Source: Octopus sinensis (lineage: Eukaryota). From it: a DNA stretch of 64,000 nucleotides. The DNA lies in assembly GCF_006345805.1 (NCBI RefSeq), contig NC_043020.1, positions 30,008,001-30,072,000 on the forward strand, given 5' to 3'. Under the pieces are notes generated by a model that worked only from the letters and a program-made list of their open reading frames with translations, made no database searches and had not been told where the DNA came from. This document shows, in pieces, positions 13,524 to 26,900 of the stretch (position 1 is its first letter; the number at the start of each line of letters is the position of its first letter). Position numbers and translations under genes: made by a program.

Positions 13524-13535
13524 TCAACAACAACA
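13370..13535. repeat. Compound trinucleotide microsatellite (CTA)n-(GCT/GCC)n-(GTT/GCT)n
   Basis: Direct inspection. Confidence 0.95.
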
Positions 13536-13853
13536 CTAATGATAGTTGATAAACCGTTTGTGGATTAATGAATTAATTATCGTATTTACTTTCGTTGTTA
13601 ATCGATAAACTGTCAGTTAGACAGGCACTTAATGGCGTCCGACACGATGAAGTCGATGAACGATGCTTAAATCAGCCGAACACTGATAAGGGAGACAACT
13701 CGATCTTCTAAACTGCTTTAATGGGTTGTCGCACAAAACGCGATTTAGTGTGGAGGCACGTGGCTTCGTGGTGCGATCATTCAGATCGTGAAGTAATGAG
13801 TTCTAAACACGGTGGCGCCTTGGGTGCATATGTATATATATATATTAATACAT

Positions 13854-14905
13854 GGAATTCCAACCTTGTCTGATTTTCACGTTTTATTTACAATCTTATA
13901 ATGATATATTATAAGATAATATATTATAATAGAATAAAATAAAATAGTAGAATGTTAAATGTTCATTCTGATTGAACTAGTACTTTCATGCATTAAATTC
14001 TGCAATCTTCGGGTTCATGTAGTAGTGGTGACAGTCATGCTTCACAATTTTTGACTGTAGCAAGATGATTGATTCTGTGCTTTAAATACAGCTGGGTAGG
14101 CTCCAGAGTGCTAGGTTTTGCAAACTGTATTCTGACCAATCAGTGTGTAGTATCACTCAATTACTTAAGCTGATTGGTTGGTTGAGCTGATTGGTTTAGG
14201 CGTCACGCTTTGTTGGACATGTCAAGAGTCCTGTATCTTGACCCTGGCCGAAGCAGCAATTGTTGGGTTATTTTTAGAAATGTTGTAAATAGCCTTTGTC
14301 AGAGATTTTTATATTTTTATATTTCAATTGTCATCATCATCATTGTCAGCACCTTAATTATTGTTGCTAGTAGTGATGGTGGTGGCAATAGAACTTTTAA
14401 CCCTGAATAAGATAATTTTCCTGCTATCTTCATCTTGATCACCTTTAGTATTGTTGTTGTTGTTAGTGGTCATGGTCGTAGCAGTAGAAGTAGTACCTCT
14501 AAGTATTATTATTATTATTGCTTATTTAGCTTGGGTTCGAATTTATCAATAAAATTCTTTTCTCTGATTTTCCTCTCGATTCCACTTGGGCTGTGTAATT
14601 TGTAGAACGGAAATATTATATACATATTCCGGCCACATGTTGCTAGGTGGTTACTCAAAGATATCTGACGAGCCTCTGGGTCTCTAATCTGTTGCCGGTG
14701 TACACGTGAAATTGTGAAGCATGACTGTCAACACTACTACATGAACCCGAAGATTGCAGAATTTAATGCATGAAAGTACTAGTTCAATCAGAATGAACAT
14801 TTAACATTCTACTATTTTATTTTATTCTATTATAATATATTATCTTATAATATATCATTATAAGATTGTAAATAAAACGTGAAAATCAGACAATGTTGGA
14901 ATTCC
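13854..14905. mobile_element. Foldback structure with 197-bp inverted arms (13854-14050, 14709-14905) and a 658-bp spacer
   Basis: Arms are near-identical reverse complements (two mismatches seen by eye). Confidence 0.9.
14742..14786 (+). ncRNA. Minimal type I hammerhead-like motif with variant CCGAAGA core (mirror copy 13973-14017, minus strand)
   Basis: Stem I TGAAC/GTTCA, CCGAAGA, stem II TGCA/TGCA, GAAA, palindromic stem III AGTACT, CUA triplet. Confidence 0.55.
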
Positions 14906-14945
14906 TTTTATTAATATATTCTTCTATACACAATCACACACACCC

Positions 14946-14947
<2 letters not shown>

Positions 14948-15030
<83 letters not shown>

Positions 15031-15074
15031 TCATATTCATATATATGTATCCGAATCAACCCGGGACCTACATA

Positions 15075-15119
<45 letters not shown>

Positions 15120-15159
15120 TATTCATATATATATATATTCATATTCATATATATGTATA

Positions 15160-15235
<76 letters not shown>

Positions 15236-15249
15236 GTGTGTGTGTGTAT

Positions 15250-15312
<63 letters not shown>
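14948..15312. repeat. (TA)n microsatellite block
   Basis: Direct inspection. Confidence 0.95.
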
Positions 15313-15318
<6 letters not shown>

Positions 15319-15585
15319 ATCGACCAGACTATCGGATGTTATTATACATCGGTAGTTCGATGCGCTTTGCATCGTTTTACCTTTCGAATGATGCCACTCC
15401 GCTGGCCGGACGAGCAGGCCGCCATTGCCCCTGACCGGGATGCAACTCATTTACAGCTGAGTCGACTGGAGAAACGTGAAAGGAAGTGTTCAGCTCATGA
15501 ACACAACGCGCAGCTGATCTGGGAATCGAAACAACGCTTCCGATTGTCAGTGCAAACGCCTAAAGACTAGGCCACGCGACTTAAG
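15311..15585 (-). mobile_element. SINE family C (tRNA-like head, CORE-like central segment)
   Basis: Minus strand reads gcgtggcctagt...tttcgattccc...gttgtgttcatgagctgaacactt...ctccagtcgactcagctgtaaatgagt; its 3' part recurs at 39241-39345. Confidence 0.7.
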
Positions 15586-16784
15586 ACCCCTACCCCCATA
15601 ACAGGAAATATATAAGGAAATAGGCATAAGCGATAAAAAACACAACAAACGTTACAAACGAAAATGAAGCCCTCATCGTTAGCTGTCTCACTAAGGATTA
15701 TAATAGTTTTGACGCTCCTCAGAGACATGACAACCATTGGATATAGTTTTTTGGCGAGAGATACAATGTAAACGAGACTCAAAAATAGAAGAAAACCTAT
15801 CTTTGAATCATAGCAACTCAGGGTTGAAAAAGAAGTGTAGTTAAGAATAGAGACAACGACAGAAAAGGAAGAAGGGCATCGGTCTGCTTGTGGTTGCATA
15901 AATAAAAGAGGTTTTTCACGATAAAGATATAAGCGGATTACGATGGAAATGAATCTAAACGAAAGAACATAAAATAAAATGCAGCAAATATAACAAAAGG
16001 AAAAGAAAAGAGACGAAAAATATTGTTGGACTGTGTTTGAGCAAATAACGAAGGAGAGCAGAATACGAGGCAAGCTGAAGCATAGAAGAGAGATGAGAAG
16101 CCAGAAGCAAACGGAAACAGGAAGCGTCAAGCTGGGAATAGCTGAAGGCAGAGAAGAAAGGGCGAGGAACGTAGGACATAAAGAGAGAAAGGGAGTAGGA
16201 AGGAAGGGAAAGAAGGAAATACGAATGAGATAGAAAAGAAAAAACAAAAAGAGAAGAGAAGGAAAAAAATGAGTGAAAAAGGGAAAGAGAAAAGTGGAAC
16301 ACACCGTATAGAGACGAAAGGAAATATGCGAGAGAAAATGGCTGTTTTCATCGGCGATCTTGAACGTAAGGAATGGACACAAACATTTAAAATACATAGT
16401 AAAGGTATAAACGTAAAAAAACAAAATTAATTAAACCCACATCAGCTGTTTAACTAAGGATTAAAGTAGTTTTGATGCCTCAAACAGAACTGCGCATCCT
16501 AGAGACATTATCTACTATTATGGAGTCGTAGCGACTTGGACGGAGAACGCACTAGGAGAGTAAAACAAAGGAGGAATGAGAATTACGGCTGGAAGAGTCT
16601 AAGGAAAGAAAAACCAATGCTTAAACCTGAAAATCTTGGTTAGCATTAATAGGAAAAAATCTGCGCTTTGGACAAACATTTTTCAGAATGAAATAAATTG
16701 ATTCTATCAAATCAAAAGAAAGTTATAAAACTTCCAGAAGCAGAACATATTATTTTAGGTAGTTGTGTTAATCATTTTGACAAT

Positions 16785-17186
16785 ACATACACGCATACAT
16801 ACATTCATGCATACATACATACATACATACATACATACATACATACATTCATGCATACATACATACATACATACATACATACATACACACACACACATAC
16901 ATACATACATACATACATACATACATACACACACACATACACACATACATACATACACACACACACATACACACACACATACATACATACATACATACAT
17001 ACACACACATACATACATACATACATACATACACACACACATACATACATACATACATACACACACACATACACACACATACATACATACATACATACAT
17101 ACATGCATACATACATACATACATACATACATACATGCATGCATACATACATACATACACACACACACATACACACATGCATACAT

Positions 17187-17219
<33 letters not shown>

Positions 17220-17255
17220 TACACACATGCATACATACATACATACATACATACA

Positions 17256-17291
<36 letters not shown>

Positions 17292-17330
17292 TACATACAT
17301 GCATGCATACATACATACATATGTGTGTGT
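16785..17330. repeat. (CATA)n/(CA)n microsatellite
   Basis: Direct inspection; explains the 155-222 aa YVCM/HTYI ORFs. Confidence 0.97.
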
Positions 17331-18134
17331 GTATGTGTGAGGAAGAGCAGATAGAGATAGAGAAGAGAAGAAAGAGAGAAAGGCAAGCAGAGAACGTGTA
17401 GAATAAATTATATAAAAATACAAAATAAAAATCTACAACAGTTGAAATTCATACAATAAAAAAAATGCGATATAAAACTATACAAAGACGTAAATGACTA
17501 GGATTGAACAGAAATCATATTTAAATCAAAATATTAAAATTAACGATATTTAGCTAAATTTACAAATATGAAAATAAAAATAGGTCACAAAAGGGCCCGG
17601 AAGAAGGACAATATGTGAATGACGTACCTATTACTGATGAATTACGTCACCGCTACTTATAGAGGAAATATGCAAATGAGGTCTTCATTACCAACATGTC
17701 GCCGTTACCAAGAGGGTTATTTTGCAAATTACATTATTGCTATTAATACGAAAATTATGCAAATGAAGTCATCATTATTAACAGGTTAATTATGTATATA
17801 TGTTGTCGCCATTTCTAAAAGTTTAATTATGTAAATGATGTCTCCGCTATTGGTAGAGTAATTATGCAAATAACCAGACACAACAAAACTCACGCCTATA
17901 CACACGTGGTTTATATTTCTGTTTTAATTCGTAAGAAGTGTTTTCTTCTTATAAAGAAAAAATTGATTCTAACAAAAATTTTTTAAAAAATCTCCATCAC
18001 TGGAATATGAGTTACCACAACGGTAAAGACTTACGAATTCAACTTCATAAAAGTCTTACATATTTTCATGGTTCCGCTTACAGGTATTAGCTCTATTGGC
18101 TGGTCACTTTCGATGGCTGAAAACCATTATCGCA

Positions 18135-18475
18135 TTGGCTCAGGTGTGAGTGTCGGGTAAGAAGTGTGCTTTCCAACTACGTGGATTTGGGTCCAGTCCC
18201 ATTGTGTGGCACCTTGGAAAAGTGTCTACTTCGATAGCTTCGTGAGTAGATTTGATCGACGGAAACTGAAAGAAGCCCGTCGTATATATATGTACATATA
18301 TATCTATGCGTGTGTGTCTGTGTTTGTCCCACCATCATCACTTGACAACCGGTGTTGGTGAGTTTACGTCTGATAGAATAATTACTAGGTCGATTCATTC
18401 GACTAAAAATTCAAGGCGGTGCCCCAGTATGGCCGCAGTCAATTGACTGAAACAGGCAAAAGGTAAAAGATAAAA

Positions 18476-18478
<3 letters not shown>
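18135..18478 (+). mobile_element. SINE family B, degenerate near-full copy
   Basis: Head gggtccagtcccattgtgtggcaccttggaaaagtgtct, body gaaactgaaagaagcccgtcgtata, tail atggccgcagtcaattgactgaaac. Confidence 0.8.
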
Positions 18479-18531
<53 letters not shown>

Positions 18532-19000
18532 CTCATTATTTACATTATTTATATTTGACGGATTTGTTCGACTAAAACCCTTCAATGCGGTGCTCCAGCA
18601 TGGCCGCAGTCCCAAAGCAAGTGAAAGTTCAAAGACAACTGGATAAAGCTCTGCTGGCTGGGTGACCCCTATGGCCGTATTTTCTTTCCTGTCCAATGCA
18701 ACACTGTCAAGACCATATCGTCTGCAAATTGCTGCATGTTTTGATAGGAATCTTCCACCAAAATGGCTTCCGTCGATAGGAATGCGTGAGTTCAGCTATA
18801 ATATTATTATTGTCTATATTTATCCTTAAACAGCCTTTCTTATAAATGACATTTTATGTTGTTTTAGCAACATTATGCCACGCTGCAAAGTAGTAATTTA
18901 ATGACATTTTTGGGAGGAGGCTCTTGACCGCAAGGGAAATATATTCCATAAAGATGCTATATAATCGACATATTCGGTTGTACCTTGGATGTTTATGGGT

Positions 19001-19051
<51 letters not shown>

Positions 19052-19408
19052 GTTCAATAGTTATCTTGTTGTCTTGTCGCAATCTCCTGGTCTTGGATTA
19101 TCTTCAAAAGTATAATCTTCAGAATGTGATGCAACAGCTGCGAGTCCAAGAGAAGCTACTTTTCATGTCAATGTTTGCATCACCCTCAAGTTTTTCGGAA
19201 ACATGAGTTCTTGTCTGAATCGTGCCATACGGTGGCATTCAAAAGCCACCTTGATTACTCCGAAGCCTTTTTACCTCTTTTTTGAGATACAGCCTGTTGA
19301 TAGTATCATTGATGGTAACGGGTTTAGTCAGCTTCTTGAGAATTTCGATTACTGAGTGGATGGAGGCGGCGTGTAGGCAAAAGAAGGCGGCAAGAAGGCA
19401 AAAGAAGG

Positions 19409-19625
19409 TGGTGAGATGGCAGAATCGGTAGCACGCCGGGCGCAATGCTTAGTGGCATTTCGTCAGTCTTTACGTTCTGAGTTCAAACTCCGCCGAAGTC
19501 ATCTTTTCGTCCTTTCAGGGTCGTTAAAACTAATACCAGTCATGTACTGGGGTCGATATAATCGATATACTCCACTCCACCACTAGAAATTGCTGGCATT
19601 GTGCCAAAAATTGAAACCAATGTCT
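19409..19625 (+). mobile_element. SINE family A
   Basis: ggcagaatcggtagcacgccgggc...gttctgagttcaaactccgccgaagtc...ggggtcgatataatcga. Confidence 0.85.
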
Positions 19626-19829
19626 ATGGAGCGAATTTCTTTTATGGGTTCGGTATCCCAAATGTTGATACCAGTAATGTTAGAGGGAACGTAATGTAAA
19701 ATATTGTGTTGCTGTAATAAAAAAGCAGCGACTGACATTTTTAAAGCTTGGTTTAGAATTCAATGGTTGCTCCATCTTTTCTTCACAACATCTTCATTGA
19801 AATATGAATTTGTGTATATTTGTTCGTTG

Positions 19830-20330
19830 CAGGAGACTGTAATCGAGCATCGATGGAATGTTTTGAAAAATGTCACTTCCAAATCGATTTGGAAGACGGG
19901 AGTCAGTTTACTTTGGTCTTTCTTGGAAAAACGCCAGCATTTCCAGACTTTTATGTAAATCTGATGTTACACAGCCCAGTGGAACTTGATAACAAGTACA
20001 CAGCACATCGCTGCCAAGATTATTTACAATGTTATTTCAAGACAGGATTATCCTGACAGCCATGCAAATAGCACAACAGATCTAGAATTTATCAATAATT
20101 TTTAAAGAAAACCATTGGAGCATTCCAATAAGTTGTGAGAGAAAATTTAGGATGTGCCAGAGTGGAAGATTCCATCCACAACATTAACAGCTGTCCATGA
20201 GTCCGTAAATCCGTAAAGTGCTGTCTCCTTTGGGGCATTACATTATTACCAAAATTATTTCCAATGCTGTTTCTAGAGCTTTTTGTCCTGCCAATCACAC
20301 AGAATGTGCACCAGAATTAGAATTTAGGTA
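19830..20330 (+). pseudogene. Possible highly decayed non-LTR retrotransposon ORF2 C-terminus
   Basis: Interrupted frame with AKIIYNVI and GCARVEDSIHNINSCP, loosely resembling the zf-RVT C..C..E...H....CP motif. Confidence 0.25.
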
Positions 20331-20923
20331 ATGAACACTAATGGAATATTCCAATAGAAACAGCATTCCAGTGTCTGCACAACCGACTTCTACAAAAGAT
20401 CACGTGCTGTTTTAGCGGTCATGCACTGTTGTAGAGATCAGCAACCAAGCGAACGTGAATGTGCTCCGTACAATAAATATCTTTTACCAAGATATTAGAA
20501 CAATTGGTTCCGCATTTGTTCACCACGGTTGTTATCCGGTGGACAGTCGACCTCTACAAAAGTGCATGACCTCTACAACGGTGCGTCCTCTATTGCAGAG
20601 GTTTAGTTGTGTTTGTACCGAGTTGTTGTTTTTATTAGATTACTCCAGGGGTCGACGAATCGGGGTAAATTACCCCAAGTGGAGTAAAAATGAAATTCTT
20701 GTCGGTAATGAGGACTCATTAGACATAAGTAAAACGTGTTCCTTGTTACGCCGGAAATGTTCCTTCTGGCAGCAGTTCTATTGTTTGAAAATGCTTGACA
20801 ATGGTTGATGAGATTTGTCCAGTTGAACCCGAGATTCCTGCATCGTTATCAGGTCTCCATACCACAATATTCGACTAACAAGTCTCTGTACTAGTACTCC
20901 ACCATCTAGTCTGTATACCATTA

Positions 20924-23900
20924 TCCCACTATAAAGTTCCCCTCTATCCCAATACCCGACTATGAAGTCTCCCTCTATCCCCGTATCCGACTATAAGGTC
21001 TCCTTATATCCCAATACCCGACTATGAAGTCTCCCTCTATCCCCGTATCCGACTATGAAGTCTCCTTCTATCCCAATACCCGACTATGAAGTCTCCCTCT
21101 ATCCCCGTATCCGACTATAAGGTCTCCTTATATCCCAATACCCGACTATGAAGTCTCCCTCTATCCCCGTATCCGACTATAAGGTCTCCTTATATCCCAA
21201 TACCCGACTATGAAGTCTCCCTCTATCCCCGTATCCGACTATGAAGTCTCCTTCTATCCCAATACCCGACTATGAAGTTTCCCTCTATCCCCGTATCCGA
21301 CTATAAGGTCTCCTTCTATCCCAATACCCGACTATGAAGTCTCCTCTATCCCCGTATCCGACTATGAAGTCTCCTTCTATCCCAATACCGACTATGAAGT
21401 CTCCCTCTATCCCCGTATCCGACTATAAGGTCTCCTATATCCCAATACCCGACTATGAAGTCTCCCTCTATCCCCGTATCCGACTATAAGGTCTCCTTAT
21501 ATCCCAATACCCGACTATGAAGTCTCCCTCTATCCCCATATCCGACTATGAAGTCTCCTTCTATCCCAATACCCGACTATGAAGTCTCCCTCTATCCCCG
21601 TATCCGACTATAAGTCTCCTTATATCCCAATACCCGACTATGAAGTCTCCCTCTATCCCCGTATCCGACTATAAGGTCTCCTTATATCCCAATACCCGAC
21701 TATGAAGTCTCCCTCTATCCCCGTATCCGACTATAAGGTCTCCTTATATCCCATACCCGACTAAAGTCTCCTCTATCCCGAGTATCCGACTATAAGTTCC
21801 CCTCTATCCCAGTACCCGACTATGAAGTCTCCTCTATCCCCGTATCCGACTATAAGGTCTCCTTATATATCCCAATACCGACTATGAAGTCTCCCTCTAT
21901 CCCCGTATCCGACTATAAGGTCTCCTTATATCCAATACCCGACTATGAAGTCTCCCTCTATCCCCGTATCCGCTACTATAGGTCTCCTTATATCCCAATA
22001 CCCGACTATGAAGTCTCCCTCTATCCCCGTATCCGACTATAAGGTCTCCGTCTATCCCATACCCGACTATGAAGTCTCCCTCTATCCCCGTACCGACCAT
22101 GAAGTCTCCTTATATCCCAATACCCGACTATGAAGTCTCCCTCTATCCCCGTATCCGACTATAAGGTCTCCTTATATCCCAATACCCGACTATGAAGTCT
22201 CCCTCTATCCCCGTATCCGAATATAAGGTCTCCTTATATCCCAATACCCGACTATGAAGTCTCCCTCTATCCCCGTATCCGACTATAAGGTCTCCTTATA
22301 TCCCAATACCCGACTATGAAGTCTCCCTCTCTATCCCCGTATCCGACTATAAGGTTCCTTATATCCCAATACCCGACTATGAAGTCTCCCTCTATCCCCG
22401 TATCCGACTATAAGGTCTCCTTATATCCCAATATCCGACTATGAAGTCTCCTCTATCCCCGTATCCGACTATAAGGTCTCCTTATATCCTAATACCCCCG
22501 ACTATGAAGTCTCCCTCTATCCCCGTATCCGACTATAAGGTCTCCTTATATCCCATACCCGACTATGAAGTCTCCCTCTATCCCCGTATCCGACTATGAA
22601 GGCTCCTTCTATCCCAATACCCGACTATGAAGTCTCCCTCTATCCCAATACCCCCCTACTATGAAGTCTCCCTCTATCCCCGTATCCGACTATGAAGTCT
22701 CCTCTATCCCAATACCCGACTATGAAGTCTCCCTCTATCCCATACTCGACTATGAAGTCTCCCTCTATCCCCGTATCCGACTATGAAGTCTCCTTCTATC
22801 CCAATACCAGACTATGAAGTCTCCCTCTATCCCAATACCCGACTATGAAGTCTCCCTCTATCCCCGTATCCGACTATAAGGTCTCCTTCTATCCCAATAC
22901 CCGACTATGAAGTCTCCCTCTATCCCCGTATCCGACTATAAGGTCTCCTTCTATCCCAATACCCGACTATGAAGTCTCCCTCTATCCCAATACCCGACTA
23001 TGAAGTCTCCTCTATCCCCGTATCCGACTATAAGGTCTCCTTCTATCCAATACCACCCTAATGAAGTCTCCTCTACCCCAATACCCGATTATGAAGTCTC
23101 CCTCTATCCCCGTATCCGACTATAAGGTCTCCTTATATCCCAATACCCGACTATGAAGTCTCCCTCTATCCCAATACCCGACTATGAAGTCTCCCTCTAT
23201 CCCCGTATCCGACTATAAGGTCTCCTTATATCCCAATACCCGACTATGAAGTCTCCCTCTATCCCAATACCCGACTATGAAGTCTCCCTCTATCCCCGTA
23301 TCCGACTATAAGGTCTCCTTCTATCCCAATACCCGACTATGAAGTCTCCCTCTATCCCAATACCCGACTATGAAGTCTCCCTCTATCCCCGTATCCGACT
23401 ATAAGGTCTCCTTCTATCCCAATACCCGACTATGAAGTCTCCCTCTATCCCAATACCCGACTATGAAGTCTCCCTCTATCCCCGTATCCGACTATAAGGT
23501 CTCCTTATATCCCAATACCCGACTATGAAGTCTCCCTCTATCCCATCCCGACTATGAAGTCTCCCTCTATCCCCGTATCCGACTATAAGGTCTCCTTCTA
23601 TCCCAATACCCGACTATGAAGTCCCCCTATCCCAATACCCGACTATGAAGTCTCCCTCTATCCCCGTATCCGACTATAAGGTCTCCTTCTATCCCAATAC
23701 CCGACTATGAAGTCTCCCTCTATCCCAATACCCGACTATGAAGTCTCCCTCTATCCCCGTATCCGACTATAAGGTCTCCTTCTATCCCAATACCCGACTA
23801 TGAAGTCTCCCTCTATCCCAATACCCGACTATGAAGTCTCCCTCTATCCCCGTATCCGACTATAAGGTCTCCTTCTATCCCAATACCCGACTATGAAGTC

Positions 23901-26900
23901 TCCCTCTATCCCAATACCCGACTATGAAGTCTCCCTCTATCCCCGTATCCGACTATAAGGTCTCCTATATCCCAATACCCGACTATGAAGTCTCCCTCTA
24001 TCCCAATACCCGACTATGAAGTCTCCCTCTATCCCCGTATCCGACTATAGGTCTCCTTATATCCCAATACCACTATGAAGGTCTCCCTCTATCCAATACC
24101 CGACTATGAAGTCTCCCTCTATCCACGTATCCGACTATAAGGTCTCCTTCTATCCCAATACCCGACTATGAAGTCTCCCTCTATCCCAATACCCGACTAT
24201 GAAGTCTCCTTCTATCCCAATACCCGACTATGAAGTCTCCCTCTATCCCAATACCCGACTATGAAGTCTCCCTCTATCCCAATACCCGACTATGAAGTCT
24301 CCCTCTATCCCCGTATCCGACTATAAGGTCTCCCTCTATCCCCGTATCCGACTATAAGGTCTCCCTCTATCCCCGTATCCGACTATAAGGTCTCCCTCTA
24401 TCCCCGTATCCGACTATAAGGTCTCCTTATATCCCAATATCCGACTATGAAGTCTCCCTCTATCCCCGTATCCGACTATGAGGTCTCCTTATATCCCAAT
24501 ATCCGACTATGAAGTCTCCCATTATCCCCGTATCCGACTATAAGGTCTCCTTATATCCCAATACCCGACTATGAAGTCCCTCTATCCCCGTATCCGACTA
24601 TAAGGTCTCTTATATCCCAATATCCGACTATGAAGTCTCCCTCTATCCCCGTATCCGACTATAAGGTCTCCTTATATCCCAATATCCGACTATGAAGTCT
24701 CCCTCTATCCCCGTATCCGACTATAGGTCTCCTTATATCCCAATACCCGACTATGAAGTCTCCCTCTATCCCGTATCCGACTATAAGGTCTCCTTATATC
24801 CCAATACCGACTATGAAGTCTCCCTCTATCCCCGTATCCGACTATGAAGTCTCCTTATATCCCAATACCCGACTATGAAGTCTCCCTCTATCCCCGTATC
24901 CGACTATAAGGTCTCCTTTATCCCAATACCCGACTATGAAGTCTCCCTCTATCCCCGTATCCGACTATAAGGTCTCCTTCTATCCCAATACCCGACTATG
25001 AAGTCTCCCTCTATTCCCGTATCCGACTATAAGGTCTCCTTCTATCCCAATACCCGACTATGAAGTCTCCCTCTATCCCCGTATCCGACTATAAGGTCTC
25101 CTTATATCCCAATACCCGACTATGAAGTCTCCCTCTATCCCCGTATCCGACTATAAGGTCTCCTTATATCCCAATACCCGACTATGAAGTCTCCCTCTAT
25201 CCCCGTATCCGACTATGAAGTCTCCTTCTATCCCAATACCCGACTATGAAGTCTCCCTCTATCCCCGTATCCGACTATAAGGTCTCCTTATATCCCAATA
25301 CCCGACTATGAAGTCTCCCTCTATCCCCGTATCCGACTATGAAGTCTCCTTCTATCCCAATACCCGACTATAAAGTCTCCCTCTATCCCCGTATCCGACT
25401 ATAAGGTCTCCTTCTATCCCAATACTCGACTATGAAGTCTCCCTCTATCCCCGTATCCGACTATGAAGTCTCCTTATATCCCAATACCCGACTATGAAGT
25501 CTCCCTCTATCCCCGTATCCGACTATAAGGTCTCCTTATATCCCAATACCGACTATGAAGTCTCCCTCTATCCCCGTATCCGACTATAAGGTCTCCTTAT
25601 ATCCCAATACCCGACTATGAAGTCTCCCTCTATCCCCGTATCCGACTATGAAGTCTCCTTATATCCCAATACCCGACTATGAAGTCTCCCTCTATCCCCG
25701 TATCCGACTATAAGGTCTCCTTATATCCCAATACCCGACTATGAAGTCTCCCTCTATCCCCGTATCCGACTATAAGGTCTCCTTATATCCCAATACCCGA
25801 CTATGAAGTCTCCCTCTATCCCCGTATCCGACTATAAGGTCTCCTTATATCCCAATACCCGACTATGAAGTCTCCCTCTATCCCCGTATCCGACTATAAG
25901 GTCTCCTTATATCCCAATACCCGACTATGAAGTCTCCCTCTATCCCCGTATCCGACTATAAAGTTCCCCTCTATCCCAGTACCCGACTATGAAGTCTCCC
26001 TCTATCCCTGTATCCGACTATAAGGTCTCCTTATATCCCAATACCCGACTATGAAGTCTCCCTCTATCCCCGTATCCGACTATAAGGTCTCCTTATATCC
26101 CAATACCCGACTATGAAGTCTCCCTCTATCCCCGTATCCGACTATAAGGTCTCCTTATATCCCAATACCCGACTATGAAGTCTCCCTCTATCCCCGTATC
26201 CGACTATAAGGTCTCCTTATATCCCAATACCCGACTATGAAGTCTCCCTCTATCCCCGTATCCGACTATAAGGTCTCCTTATATCCCAATACCCGACTAT
26301 GAAGTCTCCCTCTATCCCCGTATCCGACCATGAAGTCTCCTTATATCCCAATACCCGACTATGAAGTCTCCCTCTATCCCCGTATCCGACTATAAGGTCT
26401 CCTTATATCCCAATACCCGACTATGAAGTCTCCCTCTATCCCCGTATCCGACTATAAGGTCTCCTTATATCCCAATACCCGACTATGAAGTCTCCCTCTA
26501 TCCCCGTATCCGACTATAAGGTCTCCTTATATCCCAATACCCGACTATGAAGTCTCCCTCTATCCCCGTATCCGACTATAAGGTCTCCTTATATCCCAAT
26601 ACCCGACTATGAAGTCTCCCTCTATCCCCGTATCCGACTATAAGGTCTCCTTATATCCCAATATCCGACTATGAAGTCTCCCTCTATCCCCGTATCCGAC
26701 TATAAGGTCTCCTTATATCCCAATACCCGACTATGAAGTCTCCCTCTATCCCCGTATCCGACTATAAGGTCTCCTTATATCCCAATACCCGACTATGAAG
26801 TCTCCCTCTATCCCCGTATCCGACTATGAAGTCTCCTTCTATCCCAATACCCGACTATGAAGTCTCCCTCTATTCCAATACCCGACTATGAAGTCTCCCT

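Noticed and set aside
15567-16424. 285-aa ORF
   Set aside because: Low-complexity F/L/S product of a purine-rich plus strand; no domain motifs
16698-17423. Long ORFs (155-222 aa) of HTYI/YVCM
   Set aside because: Translations of (CATA)n/(CA)n microsatellite; the same applies to the IY-, poly-L/I/Y/S- and RE-rich ORFs elsewhere
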